This document shows, one piece after another, positions 1 through 12,039 of a stretch of DNA of 64,000 nucleotides. The stretch is from Neoechinorhynchus agilis. Its lineage: Eukaryota; Animalia; Acanthocephala. The position numbers and the translations under genes are program-made. The notes below the pieces were generated by a model. That model searched no databases, was not told where the DNA came from, and worked only from the letters and a program-made list of their open reading frames with translations. The stretch spans positions 7,418,784 through 7,482,783 of the forward strand of contig CM121341.1 of assembly GCA_051530055.1 (NCBI GenBank), in the 5' to 3' direction. Every line of letters starts with the position of its first letter. Position 1 is the first letter of the stretch.

Positions 1-244
1 ATGTGTGACATTTCGACCTTTTCGATCGATTGAATTTGAAATTTAACATGTGGTTGAAGCAGTCTTGTTTAAACTGAAATCCGTTTTACCGTAAACTGTT
101 TTTGGTTCCATCGGTTTCAATCAAGTTTCCGGCTCTAATGTCGGGATTTTTCACCTTCTATCCTAGTTCAGAATCACCATGAAAATTTTTATTGTTACCA
201 TAATATAGATATAGTTGCTCAATTATTATACGAACAAAATACAA

Positions 245-370
245 TACCGTTTACTCGCGTTTCAATGCGTTTCTTCACTTTAACATTCAGAGCACTCAGC
301 AAAAATCACACTGCGTTAACAATGATTACAGCTATCGCAATGCTTTCTTCTAATTTTATGAGGACCCAAT
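245..370 (-). pseudogene. Short degenerate 28S rRNA fragment
   Basis: Reverse complement reads ...GTGCTCTGAATGTTAAAGTGAAGAAACGCATTGAAACGCGAGTAAACGG, matching the conserved LSU core; no flanking rDNA. Confidence 0.8.
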
Positions 371-529
371 GGTACATGGGTTCTCTTCTTTGTGAATCAA
401 CAACAAATAAAACGTGTTATTATTATAATCAAACAACTAAGTTTCTTTCTTTTTTATTAGTTTTGCCACCTCGGATTTAAGTTCACTAATTTTTACCAGC
501 ATCAGTTTAAAATTGCCATTGAAAAGGCG

Positions 530-2540
530 ATGGGGCTCTAGCTCAGAAATTCTAGTGGACAAAGAGTCCAGGAATAGAGGTTTGACGAACATGTTGCCCG
601 ATAAGAACCAGTCTACAGGATAACGCTAATGTTCGTGTTTTAGTTGATAAGCCTTGGGAAAATGTCGGGATTATCTGACGAAGTCCATGGACCCCGTAAT
701 TAACGCTGCGGCGGTTCCGGTTCACCCCCTAAGTCCATTGATGGTGTGCACCAGTGTAATCTCACGAGATCACCAGTACAAAATGAAAGGGAATATTGGG
801 CGAGTTCTGCCCAGGAACGTTCTGGAAACAATCGCAAGGGGCGCGTGATATCAGGCCGCAAAGAGATTCACCTCTTCGTTGACAGACTGCATCGAGATTT
901 ACTCAGTGTTGTCGTGGATGCATCTCTTTGCGTTCCCTAGACTAGTGTTTTCCGCTAGTGATGTTTCTGAGGGATCTCTGATACCAAAAATAAAAGAGCG
1001 AATAAATTCTTTTGACGAAAATTTTACTAAACGCCTTTCGACAGCATGCGAGCTACGTAAAGAGTGTGTCCAGGAGCTTGACCACCGCCGAAACTCAAAT
1101 CGGTCGCTTGCTGGACGCGTTTCTTCGAAGCTCGCAGACGTACATGTCAGAGGGTCAGTTCGTCTTTTATCATCAATGGACAGTCTCGCCAAAGATAACG
1201 AAGAAACTTTACTAACTCTTCGTTCCAAACATCCGAGTGACGGCGATCGGCAGTTTTTCGTTAAATCCTCCTCCTTCAACGCGATCCCTTATGTTTTATC
1301 ATCGAAATCAGAGGTGAAGATGGCAATATCCTCTTTTGCTAACGGATCAGCTCACGGGCTCAACGAGCTCCGGCCCCAACACCTAAAGGATATTAATTTC
1401 TTTTCAGTAGGTGACGCTGCTCTGTCCCTCGAAGATGCTTTGGAACGCCTAGTCGACCATTTGGCAGGGGAGAGTTGATTCCGAAAGCAATTGATTTATT
1501 TTTCTTCGCATCTTTATGTGCCTCGCAAAAAAGGGAGGTGGGATTCGTCCCATTGCAATTTAAATAACTCTGCGCCGCTTAACAGCAAAAATTTCAAATA
1601 AAAGGATTCCGGAAAAAGCAGGGATGCTTCCTCGCCATACTAAGGCTGCTGTACACCTTGTGGCGCCGAGGCGATTGTTTATTCACTCCGCAAGTTCATC
1701 ACCGGAAATTCAAAGCCGTGCGTGATCTTGAAATGTGATTTCAAGAATGCATTCAACACAGTTCACCCAGCAGATTTGCTCGAAGTAGTTAGAGATCACG
1801 CACCAGAACCCTTTTCTTCAATAACCACGTTTTGTGGTCAGAAAGAGGAGTTCAACAAGGGAACCCTTTGGCCCAATAGCCTTTCCACTTGCAGTCAATC
1901 CCGTCGCGCACTCTACCTGGACGATGCCACGCTCGGAGCACATCCCATCGCTGCCGTTGCGGTGCGACCGTGGAACCGTCGGAATACCATGGTCTCGTCT
2001 GTTGGCAATCAGGTAGAAAGTACTCACGGCACGCCGAAGTGAACGCAATTCCCTTAACAGTGCCCTGAATATTGTGAATGCGCCCAACATCCGAGAGCCG
2101 AGCAATCTTTGCTGACTCGATGGCCGTAGACCATACGGTGTCACAGTATTCCCGTGTCGAGCGGGAAAATGCATTCTCTTGGACGCCAACTGCGTGGATA
2201 CGCTCGCAACCAGTAACATAAAATTCGCCACTATTAAACCGGAGGGGAGCAGCAACCGCCGCTGAGGAACGCGAAAGGACAAAATACAGGGACCTAATTC
2301 AAAAATCATTATTTTGTTCCCTTTGACGTCAAGGCGCTCGGGTCGTTTGGTACCGCGGCGACCTGGTCAATCAATTGTCCAAGAGATTGAGACGAATCAC
2401 TGGCGATCAGAGGGCAGGAGCATTCCTCCTACAAAATATTAGTCTGGCGCTGCAACGAGGGAACGCTGCATCAGTCCTTTCGATCGTTAAACCAGGACGG
2501 CTTCGGAGTGATCCAGAAAGGCGGTGGCGTGAATGATTTC
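530..2540 (+). mobile_element. Degraded CRE-clade (RT + RLE endonuclease) non-LTR retrotransposon
   Basis: Motifs across frames: GLNELRPQHLKD, CDFKNAFN, YLDDATLG, and C-terminal ISLALQRGNAAS near 2440-2470; frameshifts and deletions. Confidence 0.85.
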
Positions 2541-3364
2541 ATGACGTTTATAATAAGTATCAAATATATTATTCAACCATAAATGGCATTAAATAAAAGG
2601 TAATAAATTAGTGAATTTAAATTCGGGGTGGCAAAACTACCAAAAGAAAATGTGGTGAAGCCGGAACAACGCGCTTTAACCAACTTGTAACTTTGCTACA
2701 AAAATGCACACAAAAAACCACACACGACCACCACAATAACAATCGATACACGCCATGTATCTTTTCCCGAAGATAATAATCCAAGACAATTAGATTTCTA
2801 TTGTCCAAAGATTTTATAGGCCAGTTGTTTAACCTTGGTAGGAAACGCCGCTCAAACTACCATCGCTGCCCGTAGTACGCAGTGTTTGCTGATGTATTCG
2901 CACCGACTTGCTCATATTTGTGTACTACTTCAATCTGTTCAGCGTTTCGTTTTAAGTATTGCATATAGTGCATCCCCAGGCATCGGATGGAAGAGCTAAA
3001 TAATTTGCATAGCTCATAAGTCCAACCAAGGGCGTTTCCGCAGACTACCTCTATAGGTTTGCTTAACATTTTCGTCATTGATTTGCCAGTAAAGTATATT
3101 TTCGTAGAACAAACCGGAAAAAAACATTTCAAGGACACTCCTTAATTTACCATTGCACGTTCGTGCTGCTGGTCAAAATTATCTACATTGTCTGCGTCCT
3201 CTAGCTGTTAAGTTCGCAGTTCAAAACGCTGCTTGTCACGACCATGATCGTCATCTTGAACTTCATGATGAACGTCATATAGAGCTGAGGAGCGCTTCGT
3301 TCCCGACGTTGCTTAGGACCTTGATAAGTCATAGCTACGTCCAAAGTTTACTCGCGTGTTCGTA

Positions 3365-4500
3365 AGTTTTTACCACGTAAGGTCATAGTTACGTTCTCCG
3401 TTTACTCGGGACTTAATGAGGTTCTTCACTTTAACATTCAGAGCACTCCGGAGAAATCACTTTGCATCAACATTGATTACTGCTATCGCGATGCTTTGTT
3501 TTAATTAAATAGTTGCATTTATCTCGTAAGGATCCAATTTGCCGACTTCCCTTGCTTACGTTTCATGATCGACTAGCCCACCTTTGAGACCTGCTGCAGA
3601 AATCAGTACGAACAGATACGGTCTGAATATTCTTGCAACCAGATCTTCAAGGATTATATGAATCACTCGGTACATCGCAGAAATCATGTTGAACATCATC
3701 TGCCCAAGAATAACATCAGAATCGATTGAGGATAAACCACATCCTGGTTCGGGAATATTTACCATATTCTCTATCGATCATATTGCGCAATGCAACACGC
3801 TTGATCCCGAATCCTCACGTTCTCTTAAGGTCGACTTATCCATGTCAAAATGTTGTTCACTTGGAATCTTTCTCCAATTCAGTCTTTAATGCTCTCATTT
3901 GAATACTTGCTACTAAAACCAAGATCTGCACTGTTTTTGTCTGACATCGACCTTCAAGCATGGATATATACGTCTCCAGCGCAATTCATTTTCAGGGACT
4001 GTAGATTCGGAACGTGAGTTTTCACAAACCCCTAGCGGATTGCTACTTCGGAGGCCACCGTCCTGCTGTCAATATCGACAAACACCTTTCATGGTATCTC
4101 ACAAGAGGCATTTTTCGGGATTGCTGTTTAACGTTTGCTTCATCCCACGTCACCAGTTATGCTTTCTAAAAATGGTCCACTTTGTGCCATTGCATTTATA
4201 AGCGACATTTAGCAGCAGTTGACGCGATTCTTAAAGAAGTGACCGAGCTTATTACCCATTTAAAGTTTGAGAATAGGTAGAAGACAATTCGTCCCCGTTA
4301 TCCATTTGCTTTGGAAAATAAAACTGTCTTGTGCAGCTTTCCAACTTCGAAGGGAAGTAGCTACTAGATTGTTCAATTAGTCGTTCGCCTCTATACCCAA
4401 ATCCAACGATTGACTTGCACGCCAAAAACGCTACGGATCTCCACCAAAATTTCTTACCAACAGCACTCGGCTAACAGCCAGTAACCGCAACTGGTTATAG
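3365..4500 (-). pseudogene. About 1.1 kb diverged 28S rRNA segment
   Basis: Colinear matches to antisense LSU core: GGATCCAATTTGCCGACTTCCCT (~3531), CTCATTTGAATACTTGCTACTA..CCAAGATCTGCAC (~3895), AGCTACTAGATTGTTCAATTAGTC (~4359); indels in invariant blocks. Confidence 0.85.
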
Positions 4501-4699
4501 ACCCATTGACTCGTAAAAATGTAGGTTGAACATCAATGTAGTAGGAAAATCATTTGTAAGAGGTGATATAACTGCTTAACGAAAGACGGACAATGAAACT
4601 CACAATTTCGCGTTTTGGCACACTTAACGTAGTACAAAAGTTTGGGGAAAAAGATTGAACTTCGCTCACATTCGAGTTGAACAAACTTCTCCAATCGAA

Positions 4700-6368
4700 A
4701 AATGAAGCCGTTAGTATCTGCAGAGGTTTTGGGATTTTGTGAGTTCGTATCACTAGAGCCACGAAGATTATCATGTTTGGAGCTATCGGTTTGATTGCAT
4801 TGGCATCGATTATTTCTCTGATTGTTGCGCTCACCGTTACTGTTGTTCACAAGGACGCCGTGACCTCTGCTCCAACTGGTGAAGCAAAAGGTAAGCACTT
4901 TTTAGAAACTTTAATAGCTTATTACGCTTTTTCGTTGCAGCTCAATGTAAGTTCGATTTGCTTTGTTAGAAATCAATACCGAGTACTATAAGTTTCCAAA
5001 GCCAAAACATTGTACGAAGTAAAAGGAGGAGTCAATGGCGGACAAAGATTTATTCAGGCGGGAAAATACATGCGAAGAAACTTTGATTTCCATCATGAAC
5101 CAAAGGTTAGTCGGGATTCTTAAGAGGCTACAGTATTTATTTACGATTAAGATGGAATTTCGCGTCGAAGAACAAATACGAAATGTTCAAAAAAGAGGGT
5201 CAATGCGAGTTCGTGATCTAAATAAAATATTTGAACTTGCGGTAAGACGATTCAGGTCTGGCTTTCGTTTTGAATTTCATTTTTCTATTAGATGAATGGT
5301 CGAGTGGAAGAGATGGCTCTGAATGTCTTACCTATACACCGACCTCATGGAGTTCAAGTAGAAATGGTCAATGAGCTACCAGGGTAAATCATAAGATAAA
5401 GCTTCAAGTTTTTTATTATCTGCCTATAAAAGAGAACAATTTGAAGTGATTTACCGCGCATTCTACAAGCTTCCTTGCGATTGCTCTGAAAAACGCCTTG
5501 AGGATCTTATTGTAATTCTGGCTCAAATCGAGATTTTGACCAACGATGGAAAACGTGATGTTCTAAACAGTCTTAAATCGGATATATTGGAAGGTATTTT
5601 TAAACTTTAAAGAAAATCTTATGCTGCTTTTTCCTAACTTATCGATGATAATTATGTATATGACGACGCATTCGACGATATATTAGAGGATGATGATCCA
5701 TGGGAACAAGAGTACGGAATATGTAAGGAGTGATGTCTTCTTTTATCCTTATTTTGTTAATTCATTTTAAAGTGTACGAAGTCATAGTAACTTACACGGA
5801 TGACGGAACACTGGGGGATAAAGTAGAGATTCTCAATTAAATGCTAGGATATAATTCTTTTAAAAGCGTTGAGAATTCCTACAATAATTTGGATACACTC
5901 GAACAAGATGAATTCAATAACGATGCAATTACGCTCGCCCTTTCTCAAGGATCCGAATATTCGAGTGACCAGGATCCTGTTTATGTCGAGTTCGACAGCT
6001 ATGGTCAGCGTCCCGTATTCTTATTGTATAACTTATTTTCATTTCAGAAGTCATTAATCCCGACAGCCCAACCGAGTACAAAATGCACCTCCGAATGTTC
6101 ATTGATCTAACATGTGAGACTTGCATTGAAACCATAACCGATAAGCTCAGCAATGAACTCACTATTGTCTTATCACCGAATCCTGTCGTCTTGCCAGCCG
6201 GTGGAAAAGTTGAATTCATTGGTTGGTTCTGCTAAAATTCCTTCTATTCTCATATTCACATATATAGATTCCAATACAAGACTCAGCCATGACCAAGCTT
6301 TGAGTTTTTACGAAAACAGGGAAGCAATCGATCCTGAGAAATTCACAACACCGGCACCAGTTCAATAA
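4700..6368 (+). CDS. Multi-exon gene, N-terminal hydrophobic anchor, acidic central region, unknown function
   Basis: Short ORFs separated by ~50 nt GT..AG segments; TM segment IGLIALASIISLIVALTVTVV; no family recognised; model approximate. Confidence 0.5.
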
Positions 6369-7269
6369 AGCTGATCACGGATACTCATTAGACCAGATCG
6401 TTAATACCTTCAAAATCATCTCAAAGTTACACTGTCATATTGCATGAATTTCCAAACAAGAGTTTCTCCGCATTTCTAATTTTTGACTAATAATTACGGT
6501 CATTAATTCAGTAATCGCTTTTACGTCGCTAATCTGTTATTACCAGTTATATCAGTCGCTGTCAAATTGCAACATCCTCCAAAAAAATATTGATTTTATA
6601 TCGTTAAAACGCTGAGTTGATTCTTAACTAAATCCTAGTTTGCTCGCCGTAGAATTCTTTTATAAAAGATAACTTCCAAACTCTCGATTTGAACATAATC
6701 GATTATAGAATTTTCCGTTGGGCCAAAGGTAGCGCTCATCTTATTATGATATTCGTCTACAGGCCACCGCCACTTAAAATGATGCATTTTAATAGCTACT
6801 AACATTAAAAAATCACAATTCGATAAGTCGTCACAAATCGCGTCGAAATATTTTTACTTAATTCAGCTGAACATACATTACACGTCGCTGTTCATCCGAA
6901 AAAAATGATCGCTTTAAGCTTAAGGTGTTAAACTCACAAGTTTCGCTGTGATTCTCGTACTTAATAGGTCAGAACGTCAATAATTAAAAATGTAAGCGTT
7001 AATGCAATGAATCTTTCTGCCAAAATGAAAAACCTGATTAGTGTTTTGATTTTTGACCACAACCTATTTTATAAAGCTTTCTAAAAAAATGAGTTCCTAA
7101 AATACTTCGGGTATTTGAAAATCTTAACCCAGAGTTTAAATTTTTTGTTTCAAAAACACGACAAAAAATTCCAATTAATCAAAGTTACCTGATTTAATAA
7201 TCTTCTTATACTCCATCATTTTCGCAGAATTCTTCGATCATAAATTTAACGTTTGAAGATTGAACTATT

Positions 7270-7450
7270 AATGGTTTTTTATGGCGTAAAAATTAAAACA
7301 ATTTATTGATTCTAATATTTCGGCACAATCTTATACGTGTTTATCAAGGTTATTTAAGTGTTTAATTCGCACTACAACCTTGGTAAACGCATAAAAGACT
7401 GTGCCGAAATATTGGAATCAATAAATTCTTTTAATTTTTACGCTAGATGC
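7270..7450. mobile_element. MITE family copy 1
   Basis: Long inverted arms AATTTATTGATTCTAATATTTCGGCACA / TGTGCCGAAATATTGGAATCAATAAATT; related copies near 32440, 48050, 49605, 57385. Confidence 0.75.
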
Positions 7451-8198
7451 AAACATAGATTCAGTATAGAAATTTAAACTCTTTACAAGCATTAAAGAGT
7501 ACTCAAGCATCTTCGCGGATCACGACCAAGAACCGACTCATCAAAGCGTCGATTGTTAAACCATTTTAATCAATTCGTGGCAAATATCGCCATTGAGCGC
7601 ATTGAAGCGATTTGAGTGTGAAAATTGGGGAAGTAAGATCCCGGAAATAAAATTGTCTGGGTGGCAATTAGTGACTGAAACGTAAACGCGTTGACACCCT
7701 GTTTCTATTATTTTGGCATTTAAATAAAATATTTAAGCCATTGTAGTATAGTTGAGCTTAAAGTTTAAAAATGTTTACCTAACGCAGTTCAAAGAAACCT
7801 CTCTCAAAGAGGCTGACAAAATAGATTGTTTCGATACACATGAAAAAACTAATTCCTGTAGCAGGTTGACATAAACCGCAATTGTATGATCCACGTTAAA
7901 ATAAGAAAATCTCATTTCAGAATGCATCACGGATTCTACGCTCCGCAGCGAAAAGCAAGAAAATCCAATCTGCACAAGTTCATTGAGGGAATTGTTGATG
8001 ACAGGTTTGAAATTCTATACATGCCTTATTGCGCATTTACCAAAATCTCATTCAGTCTTCAAGTCAACTTGTCTATACTTTTTACTAAGCGACTACAACA
8101 GAACTATTTCCGTGGAAGAGAGCTACAAAACGCAGCCATTTTCGATTATCGGATTTCAAAAAAACTGAGTGGAAAATCGAGTTAACAAAGAAAACTGA

Positions 8199-10183
8199 AT
8201 GCAACCCTTATCAACATGGATTCATCATTTGCTTCTAGTCGATATTTACGCTCTGAATCCAATCGTCAGTTTAATGGCAATCTGCGCAAACACAATTTCC
8301 TTTCGGATCCTCCGGTCAACAAAGCTACGACGATATTACTTCTCACTATACTTAAGAATTATTGCAGTCATCATAAATATAATCTTGACCAATATCGCTA
8401 AATGAGCTTCGTTCTTCTACTGCTTTTCAAAGGCTATTTTCATTGTGTGTTGCGAATCAAAACACATATATCCCTCACTGTTTTTAAACCCATTTTGATG
8501 ATTTTGTTTGCTATATTTCATACGGTACAATCACTTTTGTTAAGGATTATAGAGCAGAATATTAAACTATATGATCTCTAAAAGTCAATTTGCGATACCC
8601 GCTATAATCAGATATTTAAACGCCATTTGATTATATACAATTCCTTCAAAAAATGGTTTACCCACTTATGGATACGGCATTAAGTTACTCTTTTGCCGGA
8701 TTCGTATTCCTTCTTGAAACTAAAGTGTTGGATTTGATTACCGGACTTTAGGCCCTTTATTTACATACCTCATTAACCCAAATCTTGTGAAATGCTACTT
8801 TACTTTCCCGCCGCTTGATTACGTTTTGTTCTAAAATTAACACTTTGGCGTGCTGTTGTAATGACAAAGAAGCTCTTTCTGAATTTTCACCGTCTTAACC
8901 TCAGGAATCTACAAAGGCGCGTGGAGTCGTGAAGTAGATTAAAGTGGCAACATAGACAATCCCGCAAAGAATGAAACTTGTGCCATGTTTATCTTGAATG
9001 ACATTTGATACATTGAAAACGGAGTCCCCTTAATTTATTCACGATTCGTTACAAATGACGGAGGAATAATACTGTTTTGGAGACATCGCTTTATGAATAA
9101 AGTTCGCTCCTTTTGACCCTTCAACCCCCATATTCATAATCTTTTGAAATACTAGTTGATTTCCCAGCCGCTTGATTGATCAAGTGGGTTGTTGTAATGA
9201 TAAAATCTTTATTTTCGAACTTCCGCCGTCATACGACCACCTCAGGAGTCTACAAAGGTGCGTGGAGATGTGAAGTGAGTGTGTTAAAGTAGCGACATTG
9301 AAGTGTGGAAAGTTTGCCCCGCTTGTTGAGAATTTCTGGTTCTTTGTCGAGATGATGTTCAGAATTTCCCCCCGCATTGTCTGCGGAAACGAAAACAAAA
9401 CTTGATACCTCATTACTTGTCGTAGAAAAGTAGCTCATTTTAGTACATACAACAGCTTCGTTGATCTATCGCCATACTGTACCGGCAAACTACCGTTTAC
9501 TTTCTAACGTTTTCTGCAAGATATTTGTGTACATTGATCAGACATCTTACATTTCAAGTGCTTCATTGTCCTTCCTGCTAACCTTCTCGAGATTAATGAC
9601 CATTAGCAAGCTTACCAAAATTCGACAAATATTAGAAAAACACTCTTTAAAGGTATGTTCGACCGTAATTATCATAAACGGTCTGCTCCATTCGTATGCC
9701 ATTGCAATCTATACATCAAGTGAACTCAATGTTGACCTTTTAATGAACCAATCAATTAAACAAACCATTATCGCATGTCATCAGATGGCCAGTCGACGAA
9801 TACTCATTTCGAACGATGCAATCATTTGCTTTATATGTGCCACATTCTCCTTTTGCAGTTTCATGATTTCGCTAATACTAGTAAATACAAAGTTGAAGGC
9901 AATGAAACGGCTTAAGTCTTCTATGGTCACTGCGAATTTCACAAAATGGAGAATAATTACGTTACCAATGTATATCCACATGTTCATGTTCGGGTTCATG
10001 TTAGCCGGCGGACTGTTCGAAATTGCGGCTGGGCGAGAACGCATAAACGGAGTAGTGCCAACTGCAGTGATTTTCAGAAATATCTTGGCCAGAATATGGA
10101 TTTGGTCGGTTGTATTTTGGTTTCATGCAATAACTTCGACATGTTCAATGTACAGAGAAAAATTCAAACTAAGAAGATCGTAA
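8199..10183 (+). CDS. Class A peptide-receptor-like GPCR interrupted by a 1 kb TIR element
   Basis: TM1-TM2 (CANTISFRILRSTKLRRYYFSLYLRIIA) at 8199-8400; TM3 (FCKIFVYI) to TM7 in ORF 9461-10183; may be a pseudogene. Confidence 0.65.
8401..9440. mobile_element. TIR element with TA duplication inside GPCR exon
   Basis: Ends AATGAGCTTCGTTCTTCTAC / GTAGAAAAGTAGCTCATTT, TA on both sides; diverged internal ~150 bp direct repeat (~8805 and ~9165). Confidence 0.65.
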
Positions 10184-10775
10184 TTTTCTTGACTACAATC
10201 TTAAAATTCTATGGTCTTCTCTTCTTTGCACGTCTCCTAGTAAATAAAAGTTTCAATTTAAAAACTATTAGTAATTTTATCGGGATAAATGTCAGCGCAA
10301 ATATGATCACAAAATTAGAAGACACAATGCAATCAAAAATAAATAAGCATTACACGAATTAAAATTTTTGGATAGAAATATACTAATCCGATAAATCTTT
10401 TTTACAGATTACAAAAGATATCTTCAAAGTATTTTAAAAACTAGATTAGCGCATAGAAGAGACAAGGCCTTAACTAAGTTGAATATTCTGGATTTGAGAA
10501 TCAATCACTGCCCGCTTGAAGTAAATGTTAGATCGTCAATTAATTGTAACAAATTCTCATCGATATTCGAAGAGAAAGTTGAATGAAACAAAGTTTTCGA
10601 ACCCAGCAGAGAATGACGAATTTAAAGTCTCAATGACTTTTTAACTGAAGTAATTTGTGTTGCATGCGACACACAGACGTTGTATGAACAACGGAATTTC
10701 GCAATAATACTTTTCATCGTATTCAAATCTATGCCAAAGTGTCGACGTTGCAATGTAATTTCTTAACTTCTTCGT

Positions 10776-11725
10776 TTATGGACATTGGCGAACAGTAGTT
10801 AAGTTTTTGTGGGAAGTCATATTGTTCACCATTAGAATCATGGCTGACAAATTGAATTTAGATATCGGAGCAGATACAGGAGCCTTTTTGGTGCTACCTT
10901 CAAGATAACCATTAACAATCTTAAATTCATTGTGCTTCATCATTTGAGCTGACCAGTAGAAGCAATAAGAAGTGTTCAACGGTGTTTGACAATTCGACTT
11001 TCTTGCATGCGTGAATTTGGGCGCTTCGTCAGATGGACAAAGTACCCGAATGCCTCCTAGGAATCGGTCTTCAGTCACTTTGCGTCGATCATTATCGAAC
11101 ACAAACATTTCTATCTTAAATTGATTAAACGATGCAGATGATCGCACTTATTGGCCCCTGCTTAGTGTCGACAATCATCTCAATCGAAATAATAGCAGTC
11201 AATTTCTCACTGAGAGAGGACTGTAATCCGATCTGTGCCCATTTCGTCAGTTTTATGGCACAACACGCACAAGAGGAAGCCGGTCCGCGCCCGGGTTTTC
11301 TGCAAACCACTTCATCCAGTCCACATGGCGAGGTTGAAGTAAAGAAAACGAGACAATGGGATTGCTTTGAGTTGATTTTGTGGTCTGATATTTCAAGAAA
11401 TGGGTGTATTGAATCAAGGTTCTGCGTCGATTCGATTAAGAATAATTGAAAGCATCGTTTAGCCAAGACCTCGGCATGACAGTCGTGCAGCAACTTACCT
11501 AGAGAACGCCGATAATCGCAATCAGGCATAGAACGAGTTCCAGTCGCGAGGCTTATTAGAGATACATCGTCTGAGACTTTATCTACCGAGAGAATAGCGG
11601 ATAAAACCGTCCATTTGTTGTCCTGTTCAATAATTTGCGAAGAAACTCGATTTTTATAAAAGGAATAATGCAAGATTTCTCAAGCAATAAAACTAGGAAG
11701 GGACTCCCATACTTGAGATCATCCA
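10776..11725 (-). CDS. ADAT1: tRNA-specific adenosine deaminase 1-like
   Basis: WTVLSAIL, LATGT, LHDCHAEVLAKR, TSPCG, KPGRG, NGYLEGSTKK..ISK; no dsRBD seen; both ends approximate. Confidence 0.8.
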
Positions 11726-12039
11726 ATACTTAAACGAGTTTCGCAATCCGGTCTGCGATCTGTTGATCTTTACTGCTTGAATGGGAAGCCATGTGGACCG
11801 ATTTAATCTAAAGTGAATATAAAGGAGCAGAATTTTGTTTATATCACGTATTCCGATGAGACTATTATTTTCGTCTAATAAATAAAGTGCCAATTCAAGT
11901 GCAAAGCTTAGCAATATCTCCGCTGGAATGAGTGAATCAGTTTTAACGGAAAAATAGTGAGTAAAATGTTCTTGGCTTTGCACCGAACCTTCTATTCAAT
12001 TGAAGAAAATGCCAAATCCTCAATGTAGACACGAATCTC

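Noticed and set aside
2857-3138. 93 aa minus-strand ORF as transposase or Piwi fragment
   Set aside because: No motif I could recognise.
3365-4500. Functional divergent rRNA gene
   Set aside because: Partial, with deletions in invariant blocks and unpaired helix 69.
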